A stretch of DNA of 64,000 bases from Alphaproteobacteria bacterium (GCA_965232515.1 CBDDPY010000002.1:5856001-5920000), one strand, 5' to 3'. Shown: positions 1-10,365, counted from the first letter of the stretch. Numbers and translations: made by a program. Notes: a model not told the origin generated them from the sequence alone.

Positions 1-1
1 C

Positions 2-607
2 TCTGGCCTGTGCGGCACCGGCAGCCATGACATCGAGGTCGCGGACCTGCGGGTGCCGCCGGATCGATCAGTCTCCATCATCACCGACCGGCCGGTCGAA
101 ACCGGGCCGCTTTATGCCTTTCCGATCTTCGGCCTGCTGGCCATCGGCGTCGCCAGTGTCGCGCTCGGCATTGCCGCCGGCGCGATCCACGACCTTGTCG
201 AGCTGGCGGCGCAGAAGCGGCCACAGATGAGCCGTCGCGTGCTGGCGGAACGAGCCTCGGTGCAGGCGGACGTGGCGCGCGCGACGGCGCTGCTGCGATC
301 GGCTCGCGCGTTCCTGCTCGAGGCCATCGACGCGGCCTGGACCGCGGCCTCGACCGACGGCGCCGTGCCGCTGGCGCAGCGCGCCGATTTGCGGCTGGCG
401 GCGACCAACGCCACCCGCAATGCCGCGGACGCCGTCGATCTCATGTACGAGGCGGCCGGCGGCAGCGCCGTGTTCCGGCGCAGTCCGCTGCAGCGCCGGT
501 TCCGCGACGTGCATGTCGCGACCCAGCACATGATGGTGGCACCGGCGACGCTGTCGCAGATCGGCCGCCTGCAGCTCGGCCTGGAGACCGAAACCGCGAT
601 GCTATGA
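2..607 (+). CDS. acyl-CoA dehydrogenase-family flavin-dependent hydroxylase, C-terminal part (5'-truncated by window)
   Basis: Frame open from window start (GLCGTGSHD...); C-terminal motif [25 protein letters not shown] typical of Acyl-CoA_dh_2/HsaA-like enzymes. Confidence 0.8.
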   Translation, partial: SGLCGTGSHDIEVADLRVPPDRSVSIITDRPVETGPLYAFPIFGLLAIGVASVALGIAAGAIHDLVELAAQKRPQMSRRVLAERASVQADVARATALLRSARAFLLEAIDAAWTAASTDGAVPLAQRADLRLAATNATRNAADAVDLMYEAAGGSAVFRRSPLQRRFRDVHVATQHMMVAPATLSQIGRLQLGLETETAML

Positions 608-2101
608 CCAGGGGTCGGCCCAGACCTCGAGCACACCGCCGTCGAAGTAACGCCGCGCCTCGGTCGGCAGCGGAATGTCGGCCTTGCCCTGCGTCAGGTC
701 GAGCCGGCTGTTGTCGCTGCGCGGATGCCAGCGGTGCTGCATGACGACCTGGCCGTCCTCGCCCATCCGGATGCCGAAATGCAGCCGGTCGTTCATGATC
801 CAGTCGCCCTCGTAACGCGAATCCCGGATCCAGCCGTCGTGCTTGTAGTGCGGTTCGATGCGAATATCGATGGCGCCACGGGCGAAGCCGTCGCGGCGGA
901 CCTTTATCAGGTTTCGCCGGAAATAGCCGGTGAACAGATGGGTACGTTGCTCGCTGGTCGTTGCCGGCGGCGTGATGATGGCGCTCAGATGCTCCGACGT
1001 GCGGGTGTGGATGTAGCCCGGCTGGCCGCGGATGGCGACACTGGTTTCGATCAGCAGGTAGTCGAGCTTGTCGCCCTCCTCGCGTCGTCCGGGCAGATCC
1101 TTGACCAGCTTGCCCGGTCGCAGAAACAGCTTGAAGCGCAGGTCGCCGAACAGGAAGCGTGTCAGATTCTGGAAGCCCGCCTCGCTGTTGACGATGCCGA
1201 AGGGGCCGGAATGCGCGCGGTGCACGAAGGCCCGCGGCGCGCCTTTTACATAGGCGTTCTCGATCGTCACCAGCCCGTCGCTGCCGGGGCCGACCGCGGC
1301 CTTGGCGCTGCGCACGACGTAGTCCTGGAAGTTGGTGCCGACCAGCGAGAAGACGCGTTTCAGCGGCGGCGCGTGCCGCAGTGGCCGGTAAGTATGCAGG
1401 TCCTCGCCCGCGCCGAGGCGTAGATAGCGGCGCATCTCCTCCGGTCCGAAGGTGTCGGCGCCGTGGAAGCCGAAATAGTCGCGCACGCCCTCGGCCCAGC
1501 CAAGTCCCGAACGGAAGCTGATGCCCTTGTGCGGCGTACCGTAGGTGAACAGCTTGTCGACCCGCACCCATTCGAAGCCCTTGCGTGCGTCCGGCTGGTT
1601 CGCCAGCCGCGCCGGCAGGTGCTCGGTCGCCAGCGTTTCGTTCTGCAGATAGCTGCGGCAGATCAGACCGCCCATGCTGTGGGCGACCAGATTGACGGCG
1701 AAGCCGTCGGGGTCGCCGCAGGCCCGGCGGATGCGGTTCAGAAAGATCAGCAGCTCGGTGGCGTAGCCCTCGATCTCGGGCCGCGCTTCCCGCCGGATGC
1801 TTGCTTCGGGGTCGTAGTAACGGAACACCCAGAGCGTTTTGCGCCAGTCCTTGACCGAGTTCTCCAGCGGCCGGTTTTCCCAATCGACGAAGCTGTTGAA
1901 GGCGTCCTGGTAGCCATGCTCCTTCAACAGGCGTACGACGGGACTTTCGAAGATGTACATCTTCGGGTCGGCCGACGCTGCCATCTTGTATTGCGTGGCG
2001 CCCAGATTGAACCCGTAGTAGGGCGTGTTGAAGGTCGCCTCGACCTCCTCTTCGGTCATGGCGTAGCCGCGCACATAGACGATCGGCAACTGCTGGCCCA
2101 T
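602..2101 (-). CDS. alpha/beta-hydrolase (PGAP1/lipase-like) of unknown substrate
   Basis: Nucleophile elbow VAHSMGG, GTPHKG, SDGLV, late His (HRAHSG); no signal peptide. Confidence 0.7.
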   Translation of the reverse strand: MGQQLPIVYVRGYAMTEEEVEATFNTPYYGFNLGATQYKMAASADPKMYIFESPVVRLLKEHGYQDAFNSFVDWENRPLENSVKDWRKTLWVFRYYDPEASIRREARPEIEGYATELLIFLNRIRRACGDPDGFAVNLVAHSMGGLICRSYLQNETLATEHLPARLANQPDARKGFEWVRVDKLFTYGTPHKGISFRSGLGWAEGVRDYFGFHGADTFGPEEMRRYLRLGAGEDLHTYRPLRHAPPLKRVFSLVGTNFQDYVVRSAKAAVGPGSDGLVTIENAYVKGAPRAFVHRAHSGPFGIVNSEAGFQNLTRFLFGDLRFKLFLRPGKLVKDLPGRREEGDKLDYLLIETSVAIRGQPGYIHTRTSEHLSAIITPPATTSEQRTHLFTGYFRRNLIKVRRDGFARGAIDIRIEPHYKHDGWIRDSRYEGDWIMNDRLHFGIRMGEDGQVVMQHRWHPRSDNSRLDLTQGKADIPLPTEARRYFDGGVLEVWADPWS

Positions 2102-2159
2102 CGGACGTTCCCCTTGTTTTCGCCGCCGAACGGGTCGGTCGGCCGTTTATGCTATTCGT

Positions 2160-3593
2160 TCAGAGCGTCTTCAAATACTCGATCAAGGCCGTCTTATCGT
2201 CCGCCGAAAGCGTCGTGCCGAAGACATGGCCGGCATTGCTGTTGCCGCGCACGTCGGTATCGTAGCGCCAGGCGCCGGCTGCCGCCGCCGCGTCGTCGCT
2301 GACAAATCCGATATTCCTCTGATCGTAAACGTCATAGCCGCGATAGAAACTTCGCGGCCGCTGATCCGGCGGCGTCAGCAGCGCGCGCAGGTGCGGCACC
2401 GAGCCGTTGTGCAGATAGGGGCCCAGCAGCCAGACGCCGCTCAGCGGCCGCGCGACGTAGCCGCTGGCGGCGGTGAATTCGGACTCATCCACGCCCAGCA
2501 GACGGAACCGCCGGTTGGCGCGCTCCGCGTCGTCCTTGGTGAAGCTGTCCGAGCGGCCGGGATCGGTGCCGATCTCATCGAGCGGGATGACCGAGCCGAC
2601 GCGGCCACCACCGCTGGCGTGACAGTCGGCGCAGTTTTCCGCGAACAGCGTCGCGCCGCGTTCCGCCAGGGCCTCGTCGACGCCGAACGGATAGGCCGGT
2701 GGCTGCAGCTTGCGCAGGAAGGTTTCGATGCGGGCGTTGCGCGCCTCGAAGTCCTTGAACGGCAGCGAGGCGATGCCGACCGCCGACAGCGTGACGACGG
2801 CGTTCGGCGTCAGGGCCTCGCCCGACCAGTGCAGCGCCTGGCCGTCGCGATCGTCGAGCCGCCAGACCGACGGGATGTCGGTGTTGCCCGACGTGTCGTC
2901 GTCGGGCTGTTGATTGAGAATGAACTTCACCAGGTTGAACGGATCGTCGCGACCCGGACCCCAGTCCGGCCGCGTATCGATCCAGGCGAATTGCTTTTCG
3001 GCCTGTTGGATCGCCTCGCGGGTGAAGGGGATGATGAAGAAGTAGTAGAGCGCCCGGTCCAGCAGCGACATGTCGAAGTCCATCGACATCTCGATCATCA
3101 GGCGCGTCGAGGTGAAACGCGGGTCGTTCGCCGCCGCGAACAGGAAGCGGAAAAGCTGTTGCAGACGCAACGTATGCGTCGGGCCGCCGACCACATAGGT
3201 CGGCAGGTCTTCCGGTTTTTCCCGATAGCTGGTGGTGTGGCAGAAGGCGCAGTTGAGGGTGACGCGCGGGAAGCCCAGTGTCTTCAAGGACAGCCCGACG
3301 GGAAGCGGCTTGCCCTCCTCCCACGGCAGGCCGAAAGAGGCGAAGCCGCCCGGTCCCGGAAGCAGATCCGGGAACACCCGCGGCAGGGTCACGAACAGCG
3401 GGTAGGGCAGGCCGAGCAGCAGCTCGGACCGCACCGAACCGTATTTGAAGAACTCCTCCTCGCTGGCAAACGCCGGCTGCTCGACGACGCGGAAGAACTT
3501 GTACCAGACCAGCAGGCCGGTCCCGGCGCCGATCAGGACCAGAATGCCGACCACCGCGACCAGGCGTCTCCAATACTTGCGTATGATCTCCAT
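2160..3593 (-). CDS. membrane-anchored diheme c-type cytochrome, RoxA/MauG-like
   Basis: N-terminal TM helix; heme motifs CAFCH and CADCH; GYVARPLSGVWLLGPYLHNGSVP; GNSNAGH..G C-terminus. Confidence 0.8.
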   Translation of the reverse strand: MEIIRKYWRRLVAVVGILVLIGAGTGLLVWYKFFRVVEQPAFASEEEFFKYGSVRSELLLGLPYPLFVTLPRVFPDLLPGPGGFASFGLPWEEGKPLPVGLSLKTLGFPRVTLNCAFCHTTSYREKPEDLPTYVVGGPTHTLRLQQLFRFLFAAANDPRFTSTRLMIEMSMDFDMSLLDRALYYFFIIPFTREAIQQAEKQFAWIDTRPDWGPGRDDPFNLVKFILNQQPDDDTSGNTDIPSVWRLDDRDGQALHWSGEALTPNAVVTLSAVGIASLPFKDFEARNARIETFLRKLQPPAYPFGVDEALAERGATLFAENCADCHASGGGRVGSVIPLDEIGTDPGRSDSFTKDDAERANRRFRLLGVDESEFTAASGYVARPLSGVWLLGPYLHNGSVPHLRALLTPPDQRPRSFYRGYDVYDQRNIGFVSDDAAAAAGAWRYDTDVRGNSNAGHVFGTTLSADDKTALIEYLKTL

Positions 3594-3600
3594 GCCGGCC

Positions 3601-5178
3601 CTAGAACGTCTTCAGGTATTCGACGATGGCGTCTTTGTCGGCCGCCGCCAGGTGGGTGCCGTAGCGCCGGCCCTCGTGGCCGCGGTTGCCGTTGCCGGCC
3701 CACTTGCTGACGACGCATTGGTTGTCGGGATAGCGGTTTTCCGGGTTCTTCTCGTGGGCGCAGAAGACGCCCCGTTCCGGGTCGTCGACGCATTGCGTTT
3801 CGAAACGGAAGAACGTGCGGCCGTTCTGTTCGGCCACGTCCGAGACGAAGCCGACGCGTTTCTGGTCGAACACGTCATTGCCCCTGTAGAACACTTTCGG
3901 GCGGTTTTCCGACGGCTCCAGCAGGTCCCGCAGGCTCGGCACCGAGCCGTTGTGCAGATACGGTCCGCGCAGCCAGATGCCGTCGAGCGGCATGTTGGCG
4001 TAGCCGTTGGTCTTGCGGAACCGGCGGAAGCGCTCCTCCGGGAAGCCGCCGTAGAGCAGGTTCTGATTGACCGCCAGCAGCCGGGTGTAGTTGTCGAGCC
4101 GGCAGGGATCGGTGCGGACGCGGTCGATCGGCTCGACCTTGCCGACATACTTGCCCTCGAAATTGCGGCCATCGACACCGTGGCAGTCGGCGCAGTACCG
4201 CGCATAAAGTGGCTTGCCCTTGGCGGCCAGCTCGCCGTCGATCGGAAACGGATAGGCCGGCGGCACGTTGACGTCGTCGTTGCGCAGCCAGGCCGCGGTG
4301 CGGGCCAGCGACTCACGGTCGATCACGACCGGCAGCCCGCCCGAGCCGAAGGCGGCGCTGCGGTTGCGTTCGTCGACGGAATCGTTGTTGCCGTCCCAGT
4401 GCAGCTGCATGCCGCGATCCTCGCGCTGGCCCTGGATCCACAACGACGGGAAGTCGTTGAGCCCGATCCATTCGCGCTCGGGCAGCTTCTCCAGCGGCCA
4501 GTTCATCAGTACTTTCGCCGGATTGAAGGTGTCGAAGCGGCCCGGCCCGGCTTCCGGCTGCCGGTCGAGAAAGCGAAAGCGGTGCCTTGCCAGCAATAGC
4601 CCGAACCGCATCAGGGGAATGCCGACGGTGCCGAGCGTCGCGCGGTCGATCCAGTCGTAGTCGACGCCGGCCCGCTCCAGCTCGGCCAGGATGCGCAACG
4701 AGTTGAATTCCTCGTCGACGGTGCACTGGCCGAGGAAGTCGCGAAAGGTGGCCAAGTCCAGATTGTTCGCCGGCATGCCCAGCACGATCGTGGGTTCGCC
4801 GTCCGGCGTTTCTCGGTAGGTGCCGGAATGGCAGGCGGCGCAGTTCAGGAACACGCGGTCGAAGCCGAAGCTGCGGCGCACCGAGGTGCCGATGGGCAAG
4901 TCCTTGCCCGGCTCGTAGATGAAACCGAGCGACTGCCAGCCATCGCCCGGCAGGTACTTGGCGCAGAGCGTCGGCAGGATCTGCCAGATGCCGGTCGGGA
5001 TGCCGGCCAGCCGGTCGCCGCCAGTGGAACCGTATTTGAAGTGATCCCGGTCGTCGGCATAGGTGACCGGTTCGTCCTCGAGGAAGCGGACCGCGAGATA
5101 GCCGACGAAAACCACAATCAGCACCAGCAGGCCCCAACCGACGATGCGCCGAAACAGTCTGAAGAATGCACGGAACAT
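3601..5178 (-). CDS. membrane-anchored diheme c-type cytochrome, RoxA/MauG-like (paralog of 2160-3593)
   Basis: N-terminal TM; CAACH and CADCH; GYANMPLDGIWLRGPYLHNGSVP; GNGNRGHEG; shares FKYGS and GPGR.D.FN blocks with neighbour. Confidence 0.8.
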   Translation of the reverse strand: MFRAFFRLFRRIVGWGLLVLIVVFVGYLAVRFLEDEPVTYADDRDHFKYGSTGGDRLAGIPTGIWQILPTLCAKYLPGDGWQSLGFIYEPGKDLPIGTSVRRSFGFDRVFLNCAACHSGTYRETPDGEPTIVLGMPANNLDLATFRDFLGQCTVDEEFNSLRILAELERAGVDYDWIDRATLGTVGIPLMRFGLLLARHRFRFLDRQPEAGPGRFDTFNPAKVLMNWPLEKLPEREWIGLNDFPSLWIQGQREDRGMQLHWDGNNDSVDERNRSAAFGSGGLPVVIDRESLARTAAWLRNDDVNVPPAYPFPIDGELAAKGKPLYARYCADCHGVDGRNFEGKYVGKVEPIDRVRTDPCRLDNYTRLLAVNQNLLYGGFPEERFRRFRKTNGYANMPLDGIWLRGPYLHNGSVPSLRDLLEPSENRPKVFYRGNDVFDQKRVGFVSDVAEQNGRTFFRFETQCVDDPERGVFCAHEKNPENRYPDNQCVVSKWAGNGNRGHEGRRYGTHLAAADKDAIVEYLKTF

Positions 5179-5187
5179 GGGCGCCGC

Positions 5188-6951
5188 CTATTCCGTCTCG
5201 ACCGGTGGCAGCATCGCGCTCTCGACGCAGCACCGGGGCTCGTCGGGCAGGCCCAGGGCGTCGTAAAGCGCCGCCATCAGGCGGGCGCGCCGAAACGGCT
5301 GGGCGGCCAGCGCGTCGTCACGGCCGGCCAGCGCGTCGTCACGCATGCGTCCCACGGCGGCGACGACGACGGCGAAATCGTCGGTCAGCTCGACCGAGAG
5401 ACGGGTCTCGAATTCACTCTTGCTCGCAGCGCCGCGCGGCGCGGTTAGAATGACCGCGCTGACGGCCGCACCATCGCTCAAACGGGCGCCCAGGCCGGCG
5501 CCGCGCTCGACCAAGGTCAATGACAGCCGCCAGGTCTCATCGTCGATCTCCCGCGTCGCGGCGGTCACGTCCAGGTTCACCAGTTGATCGCGCCCCGAAA
5601 ACGCCAGCCGCCGCAGCGTCCCGGTACCATCTGCGGTCACGTGGCCAGCCATCGTGATCCGGTTCGGAGTCTCGCCCCCGTCCTGGCAGCGAATGCGCAG
5701 CTCGGCATCGCCGGCGACGCGGACGCGACAGACCGTTTCGGCGACCGTCCGGCTGGCGTCTTGCGCAAGGCGGCGTAGATCAGCGTCCAGGCGCCGGAGG
5801 TCGCCCGCCGACAGGAAACGGGACAGTCCGACGACGACGGCGTCGATCTCGTTGTCCGCGCCGTCCGTTGCTTGCCAGATGACCAGCGGGTCGCGGCCCG
5901 TGCTGGGATCGAAAACGCCGTCCGGTTCGACCAGATCGGCAAAGGCCGTGAATCCGGCCGGCAGATCGGCCAGGGGATCGCGGTCCGGTATGTCCGGGTT
6001 CGGCAGCGCCAGACCGCTTGGCCAGATCCGGCTCCTGTTGGCCGCCACGACCTCGGCGAAGCGGTCGCGGAACCGTGCGGCGGGACCGTTGGCCAGACGA
6101 CTGCCGGCAAGACCGTATTGCAACGCCGCGAGAAAGCCGGCGGCGCGGCAATTGATGCCGTCGGTGTCGTCGCCGCAGCCGTCGCGCCAGACCTTCTGGA
6201 AGAGCGACAGCTCGTTCGCCCGATCTGTTGCGCTGTCGATGGCGTCCGATGGATCGACGCCGGCTTTGGCCGGGACGCCGTCAAATGACGGTCGCTCGGC
6301 CTGCAGGCGCGCGGCGACCAGCGGACTTGCCGTGGTCTCGTTCCACAGCGGTCGCGAGAAGATCGGCGCCTGGTTCTGATGGCACTGCGTGCAGATGCGG
6401 CGCTCGGCATACAACACCTGTGGCGTCCGGTCCGGTCCGTAGTCGTGCACCAGCTGAAACTCGAACCGCCCGGCTGCCTCGTTGTAGCTGATCACCTCGA
6501 TCGTCTGCGACCGCGGCTGAAAGCCCAGGAACAGCCGGTCCCGCAGCAACGGCGCATTGTCCGTGCCGTCGGCGGCGTCCTGGTCCACGGCGACGATTAC
6601 GCGCGGTGCGGCAAAGAAATCGGGTTCGGCGGCGAAGCGTTGCAGTGAACGGCCGATCGGGATCAGCGTGCGCTTGAACGCGGTCTCCGGCGTCCGCCCC
6701 AACCGTGCCGCGATGACGCGCTGCAATTCGGTGAAGGGGTAGGGCACGTCGTAGACGGTGCGGCCATCGACCTGCCGCGTGACCAGGAAGTCGAACAAAG
6801 ACCGTCCGACCGGCGGCACGTTCGGCCCCGCCTCGTCCGGATCGACGACCCAGACGGCGTCGGTCTGGCCGACAGCCGCCGCCGGGGCGGCGCCCGTCAG
6901 CATCGCCGCGAGGGCGATTGCGCAGGCCGAGCTTGTGGTGCTCCAGGTCAT
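5188..6951 (-). CDS. exported monoheme c-type cytochrome domain protein, function unknown
   Basis: Signal-peptide-like N-terminus; single CTQCH motif; tightly packed in operon. Confidence 0.6.
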   Translation of the reverse strand: MTWSTTSSACAIALAAMLTGAAPAAAVGQTDAVWVVDPDEAGPNVPPVGRSLFDFLVTRQVDGRTVYDVPYPFTELQRVIAARLGRTPETAFKRTLIPIGRSLQRFAAEPDFFAAPRVIVAVDQDAADGTDNAPLLRDRLFLGFQPRSQTIEVISYNEAAGRFEFQLVHDYGPDRTPQVLYAERRICTQCHQNQAPIFSRPLWNETTASPLVAARLQAERPSFDGVPAKAGVDPSDAIDSATDRANELSLFQKVWRDGCGDDTDGINCRAAGFLAALQYGLAGSRLANGPAARFRDRFAEVVAANRSRIWPSGLALPNPDIPDRDPLADLPAGFTAFADLVEPDGVFDPSTGRDPLVIWQATDGADNEIDAVVVGLSRFLSAGDLRRLDADLRRLAQDASRTVAETVCRVRVAGDAELRIRCQDGGETPNRITMAGHVTADGTGTLRRLAFSGRDQLVNLDVTAATREIDDETWRLSLTLVERGAGLGARLSDGAAVSAVILTAPRGAASKSEFETRLSVELTDDFAVVVAAVGRMRDDALAGRDDALAAQPFRRARLMAALYDALGLPDEPRCCVESAMLPPVETE

Positions 6952-6974
6952 CCGCGCCCCTCGGCGGCGTCGCC

Positions 6975-7913
6975 CTAGTTGATGGCGACCGTCCGCTGCT
7001 GCTCACCGACCCAACAATCTTCGGCCGTCTGGCCGGTCTGCCGGAAGGCCTCGCCCTCGGCCGCGTCGATCTCGGCGCTATAGAGCGTGAAGTTGAGCAG
7101 GAACACCCGGTTGATGTAGGCGCGGCCAAGATACAGGCCGGGCCGGATCATGCGGATCTCGTCGCGCACGTTCAGGCCCTTGCGGCCGGCCAGCGCGTCC
7201 GGCTGCGGACGGTAGTTCGACAGCTCGTCGTTGTAGGCGTAGTCGATGATGATCGACTCGCGTCGGCTGTCGACCAGGCTCTGACCGCAATAGAGCTTGG
7301 CCGGGAACAGCAGCCAGACATCGGTCTTCGGCGCGAACACGCGCAGCCAGCTGCGCCGGTCGATGGTCGTGGTCAGGATGTCGTCGGTGTCGTCACCCAG
7401 CAGCGGCTTCAGGATCGCCAGATCCTCGATGTAGTTCCGCAGTACCCGTTCGTCCCGATAGAACACCTTGCCCTTCCACAGGCTGCGGCCCAGGAATTCG
7501 AGCTTCTTGATCTCGGCATCGGCAATCCGGCCCTTGATGCCGCCCAGGATCTCGCCGAGCCGCGAATCAAGGCTATCACCCTTCGGGAAGAACAGGTCGC
7601 CGACGAACGGCCCGTCCGGAATCGGCCCGGCCGTCAGACGGCCGTAAATCTGGTCGATCTGCTCCTGGGTCAGCGCGCGCAGGTTGGCCTGCGTGATCTG
7701 GCCCAGGTCGGCGGTCGACAGCGGAAACTCCGCCTCGACCTTGGCGAAGTCGACCCGGAAGACCTTGGCCGGATTGTCCGGATCCTTAAGCGAGATGTCC
7801 TCCAGCGGCGCGAACGGAATGTCCGGCGCCGTCGCCGAGGTCTGACCTTCCTGGCAGCCGGCGACCGCCAGCCCGACGACGAGGACGGTCGCGCACGTGA
7901 GTTTGCTGTGCAT
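6975..7913 (-). CDS. hypothetical lipoprotein
   Basis: Lipobox-like LAVAG-C after a hydrophobic stretch; conserved-looking WKGKVF, IIIDY, RDEIRMIRPGLYLGRAY motifs. Confidence 0.65.
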   Translation of the reverse strand: MHSKLTCATVLVVGLAVAGCQEGQTSATAPDIPFAPLEDISLKDPDNPAKVFRVDFAKVEAEFPLSTADLGQITQANLRALTQEQIDQIYGRLTAGPIPDGPFVGDLFFPKGDSLDSRLGEILGGIKGRIADAEIKKLEFLGRSLWKGKVFYRDERVLRNYIEDLAILKPLLGDDTDDILTTTIDRRSWLRVFAPKTDVWLLFPAKLYCGQSLVDSRRESIIIDYAYNDELSNYRPQPDALAGRKGLNVRDEIRMIRPGLYLGRAYINRVFLLNFTLYSAEIDAAEGEAFRQTGQTAEDCWVGEQQRTVAIN

Positions 7914-7926
7914 GATCGCGCCCTCC

Positions 7927-10365
7927 CTACAGCGTCGCCATGAAGGCGGTCAGCGCCGCCTTGTCGGCGGGCGACAGGTTCTCGCCGAAGCGGTGGCCGG
8001 CATTGTCGATCAGGTCGACATTGTTGCTGTAGAAGGCCTGGATATAGCGATTCTGCACCACCGACAGATCCAGCACGTAGCTGCGCGGATTGGCCAGGAA
8101 GTCCTTGATCGTGCCCTCGAGCGCGGCGACCAGCTCCGCCTGCTTGTCGTCGCTCAGGATGCCGTCGTACTTCGCCGCCAGCTTCCCGCGGTCCGTCTTC
8201 AGCAGGACCATGTCCTGAATCAGATCCTTGAAACGCAGATTGTTGATCAGGCCGGCCGGGAAGCCCTTCGGCACGCGCAGGCTGAGGCCCGTCTTCAGTT
8301 CGCCCAGCTCGATCTCGGGCGCCACGTCGACGATCATGTCGGTGCCCAGCAGTTGCATCTTCGGAATGCGCTTGTCGGGGTTCAGCAGCGCGTCCATCGA
8401 CGCCTTGTACAGCTCATAGCGCCCCTTGACGGTGGTGTCGTACGGCCAACAGGCGGGCGCGTTGGCGAGCGGCTTGCCGTCGGCGTCGACATAAGGCGAG
8501 ACATAGAGCTGGTTCCCGGCGCTTGCCGGCTGACCGCAGATCTCCGGCCCGATGGCGTTGTTGTGCATGAACGGCGCGTGCGCCCAGGCGCTCAGCAGCG
8601 AGATGTTGCGGTAATAGCCGCGGCCGCCACCCTTCATGACTTCCTTGAGGTTCGGATCGGCCGGGTTCGCCTGCAGCGTCAGCGAGGCATACTGCTCCCA
8701 GACCCGGCTCTTCATGTGGTTCGAGTGCAAGGCCCGGCCGCGGAAAGTGCCGACCTCGGAGGCGGGCGTCAGCAGGTCGTTGCCCAACCAGTCGATGCGC
8801 CGCGACGGATCGTTCGGATCCGGCGCCCTGAAGTCGACATTGTCGTAGGGCGGATTCTGGCTCGAATGACAGCGCGCGCAGGACTGCGCGAACACCTGCC
8901 GGCCCCGCTCGACCGAGCCGGCGCCGAATTCACGCTCCAGTTCTACTTCAAGATCGCGCGGGTCGTCGTGGCCGCGCGCCTTGTAGAGGTCGGTCGGCCG
9001 GCCGCTCAGCAGGAAATTGGCGACGTCGCCCAGGCGGTCCTCCATGGCCCGGAACGAGGCGCAGTCGCGCCGGCACTGGCCGATGTCGAACGGCGTCTGG
9101 CCGTAGTTGCGCTGGCTCGGGTCGGCCGCGCGCAGGTCGGGCACGTGGTTCAGCCAGCACTGCTCGGCGCAGGAGCCGATGTTGAAATAGACCCGCTGGA
9201 TCGCTTCCAGCAGGCCGATGCTATCCTCGCCGCCCTTCAGGACGTTCGGCACCATCTGCGTCTGCTGCAGCCGCTGCCAGCATTTGCCGGGCTTGCCGGG
9301 CTCGCACCAGCACTGGGCGGGATCGGCGCCGACTTCGCAGCTCGACGCCTTGTGCCACTTGATGATGTCGTGCTCGTGCACCGGCCGTTTGTCGAAGTTG
9401 ATGATGGCGTTGAAGGTGCCGGGATTGCTGACCAGGTCCATGGGCAGGGCTGACGTGTCGACCGTGCCGGGACGGGCGCGGGCGATCAGCTGCCATTCCA
9501 GCGTCTCGTGCGACATGCCCGAGCCGAGGATCTCGGAGATCCGGCTGTACTGGTTGCCGACCAGACCGTCGATATTCTCCCACTTGGGATTGTCCGGGTC
9601 GGCCGGCGGGTTCAGCGGGTCGTAGGCGATATGGCAGCCGCCGCAGGACATGCCGATCAGGAACGGCGGCTCGACCGAGCCGTCGAACAATCGGTTTTTC
9701 CGCGAATCCACGTCATCGGGGTCGTCGGACAGGAACTTGCCGTAGTTTTCCCAGGTCCCGAGCGAGCCGTTCAGCTCTTTCCAGCGGACCGGGTCGAAGC
9801 GCGGATTGGGGAACTTGCGCAGACCCAGCGCGCCGGTCGAGGTGCCGAACTGCAAATCGCAGGTGCTTTGGCGTTGATCGGTGGGCCCGTGCGGCGTGTT
9901 CGGATCGAACGGCGCATCCGTGAGATCGCAGGCCGGATCGCGGTAGCCGGACTTGCCGACATGCGCCAGCAATTCTTCGTCGCCCGGACACCATGGAAAA
10001 CCATAGGTCTCGTCCAGGCTTTGGGCCGGGCAATTGTCGCTGCCGGGCACGCAACAGTCGGGGTTCGGAATCGCGCCCCAGGTCTGGAACAGCTCACCCT
10101 TGTTCTTGGCGGCGAGGATCCGGTACCAGTCGATAGCGCCGCCCAGCCGCTGCGGAAAGCCGTAGGTGAAGAAGCGCGCGTTAAAGGCTGTCGCGAACAG
10201 CCAGATCTCGCGGCCGACCCGCTCCGATTCGCTGTAGCCCTCGTTCGTCGCCGCGAAGTCCTCGCTCAGCGAGCTCTGCGCTTTCGCCGGCGCGACGGCA
10301 AGAAGCATCGCAACCAGCGCCAAGATGACAAAGGAAAAGTTATGGAAAATCGCTGACTTTTTCAT
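7927..10365 (-). CDS. large exported Cys-rich diheme cytochrome c, RoxA-like
   Basis: Signal peptide (..APAKA-Q); CGGCH and CARCH; GRGYYRNISLLSAWAHAPFMHNN variant of the MauG/RoxA motif; NAGHRFG..LS..DKAAL.AF..TL C-terminus like the two smaller paralogs. Confidence 0.75.
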   Translation of the reverse strand: MKKSAIFHNFSFVILALVAMLLAVAPAKAQSSLSEDFAATNEGYSESERVGREIWLFATAFNARFFTYGFPQRLGGAIDWYRILAAKNKGELFQTWGAIPNPDCCVPGSDNCPAQSLDETYGFPWCPGDEELLAHVGKSGYRDPACDLTDAPFDPNTPHGPTDQRQSTCDLQFGTSTGALGLRKFPNPRFDPVRWKELNGSLGTWENYGKFLSDDPDDVDSRKNRLFDGSVEPPFLIGMSCGGCHIAYDPLNPPADPDNPKWENIDGLVGNQYSRISEILGSGMSHETLEWQLIARARPGTVDTSALPMDLVSNPGTFNAIINFDKRPVHEHDIIKWHKASSCEVGADPAQCWCEPGKPGKCWQRLQQTQMVPNVLKGGEDSIGLLEAIQRVYFNIGSCAEQCWLNHVPDLRAADPSQRNYGQTPFDIGQCRRDCASFRAMEDRLGDVANFLLSGRPTDLYKARGHDDPRDLEVELEREFGAGSVERGRQVFAQSCARCHSSQNPPYDNVDFRAPDPNDPSRRIDWLGNDLLTPASEVGTFRGRALHSNHMKSRVWEQYASLTLQANPADPNLKEVMKGGGRGYYRNISLLSAWAHAPFMHNNAIGPEICGQPASAGNQLYVSPYVDADGKPLANAPACWPYDTTVKGRYELYKASMDALLNPDKRIPKMQLLGTDMIVDVAPEIELGELKTGLSLRVPKGFPAGLINNLRFKDLIQDMVLLKTDRGKLAAKYDGILSDDKQAELVAALEGTIKDFLANPRSYVLDLSVVQNRYIQAFYSNNVDLIDNAGHRFGENLSPADKAALTAFMATL

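Noticed and set aside
5304-5343. 21-nt-period tandem duplication (RDDALAG/RDDALAA)
   Set aside because: Only two in-frame copies within a CDS; no array or regulatory signal
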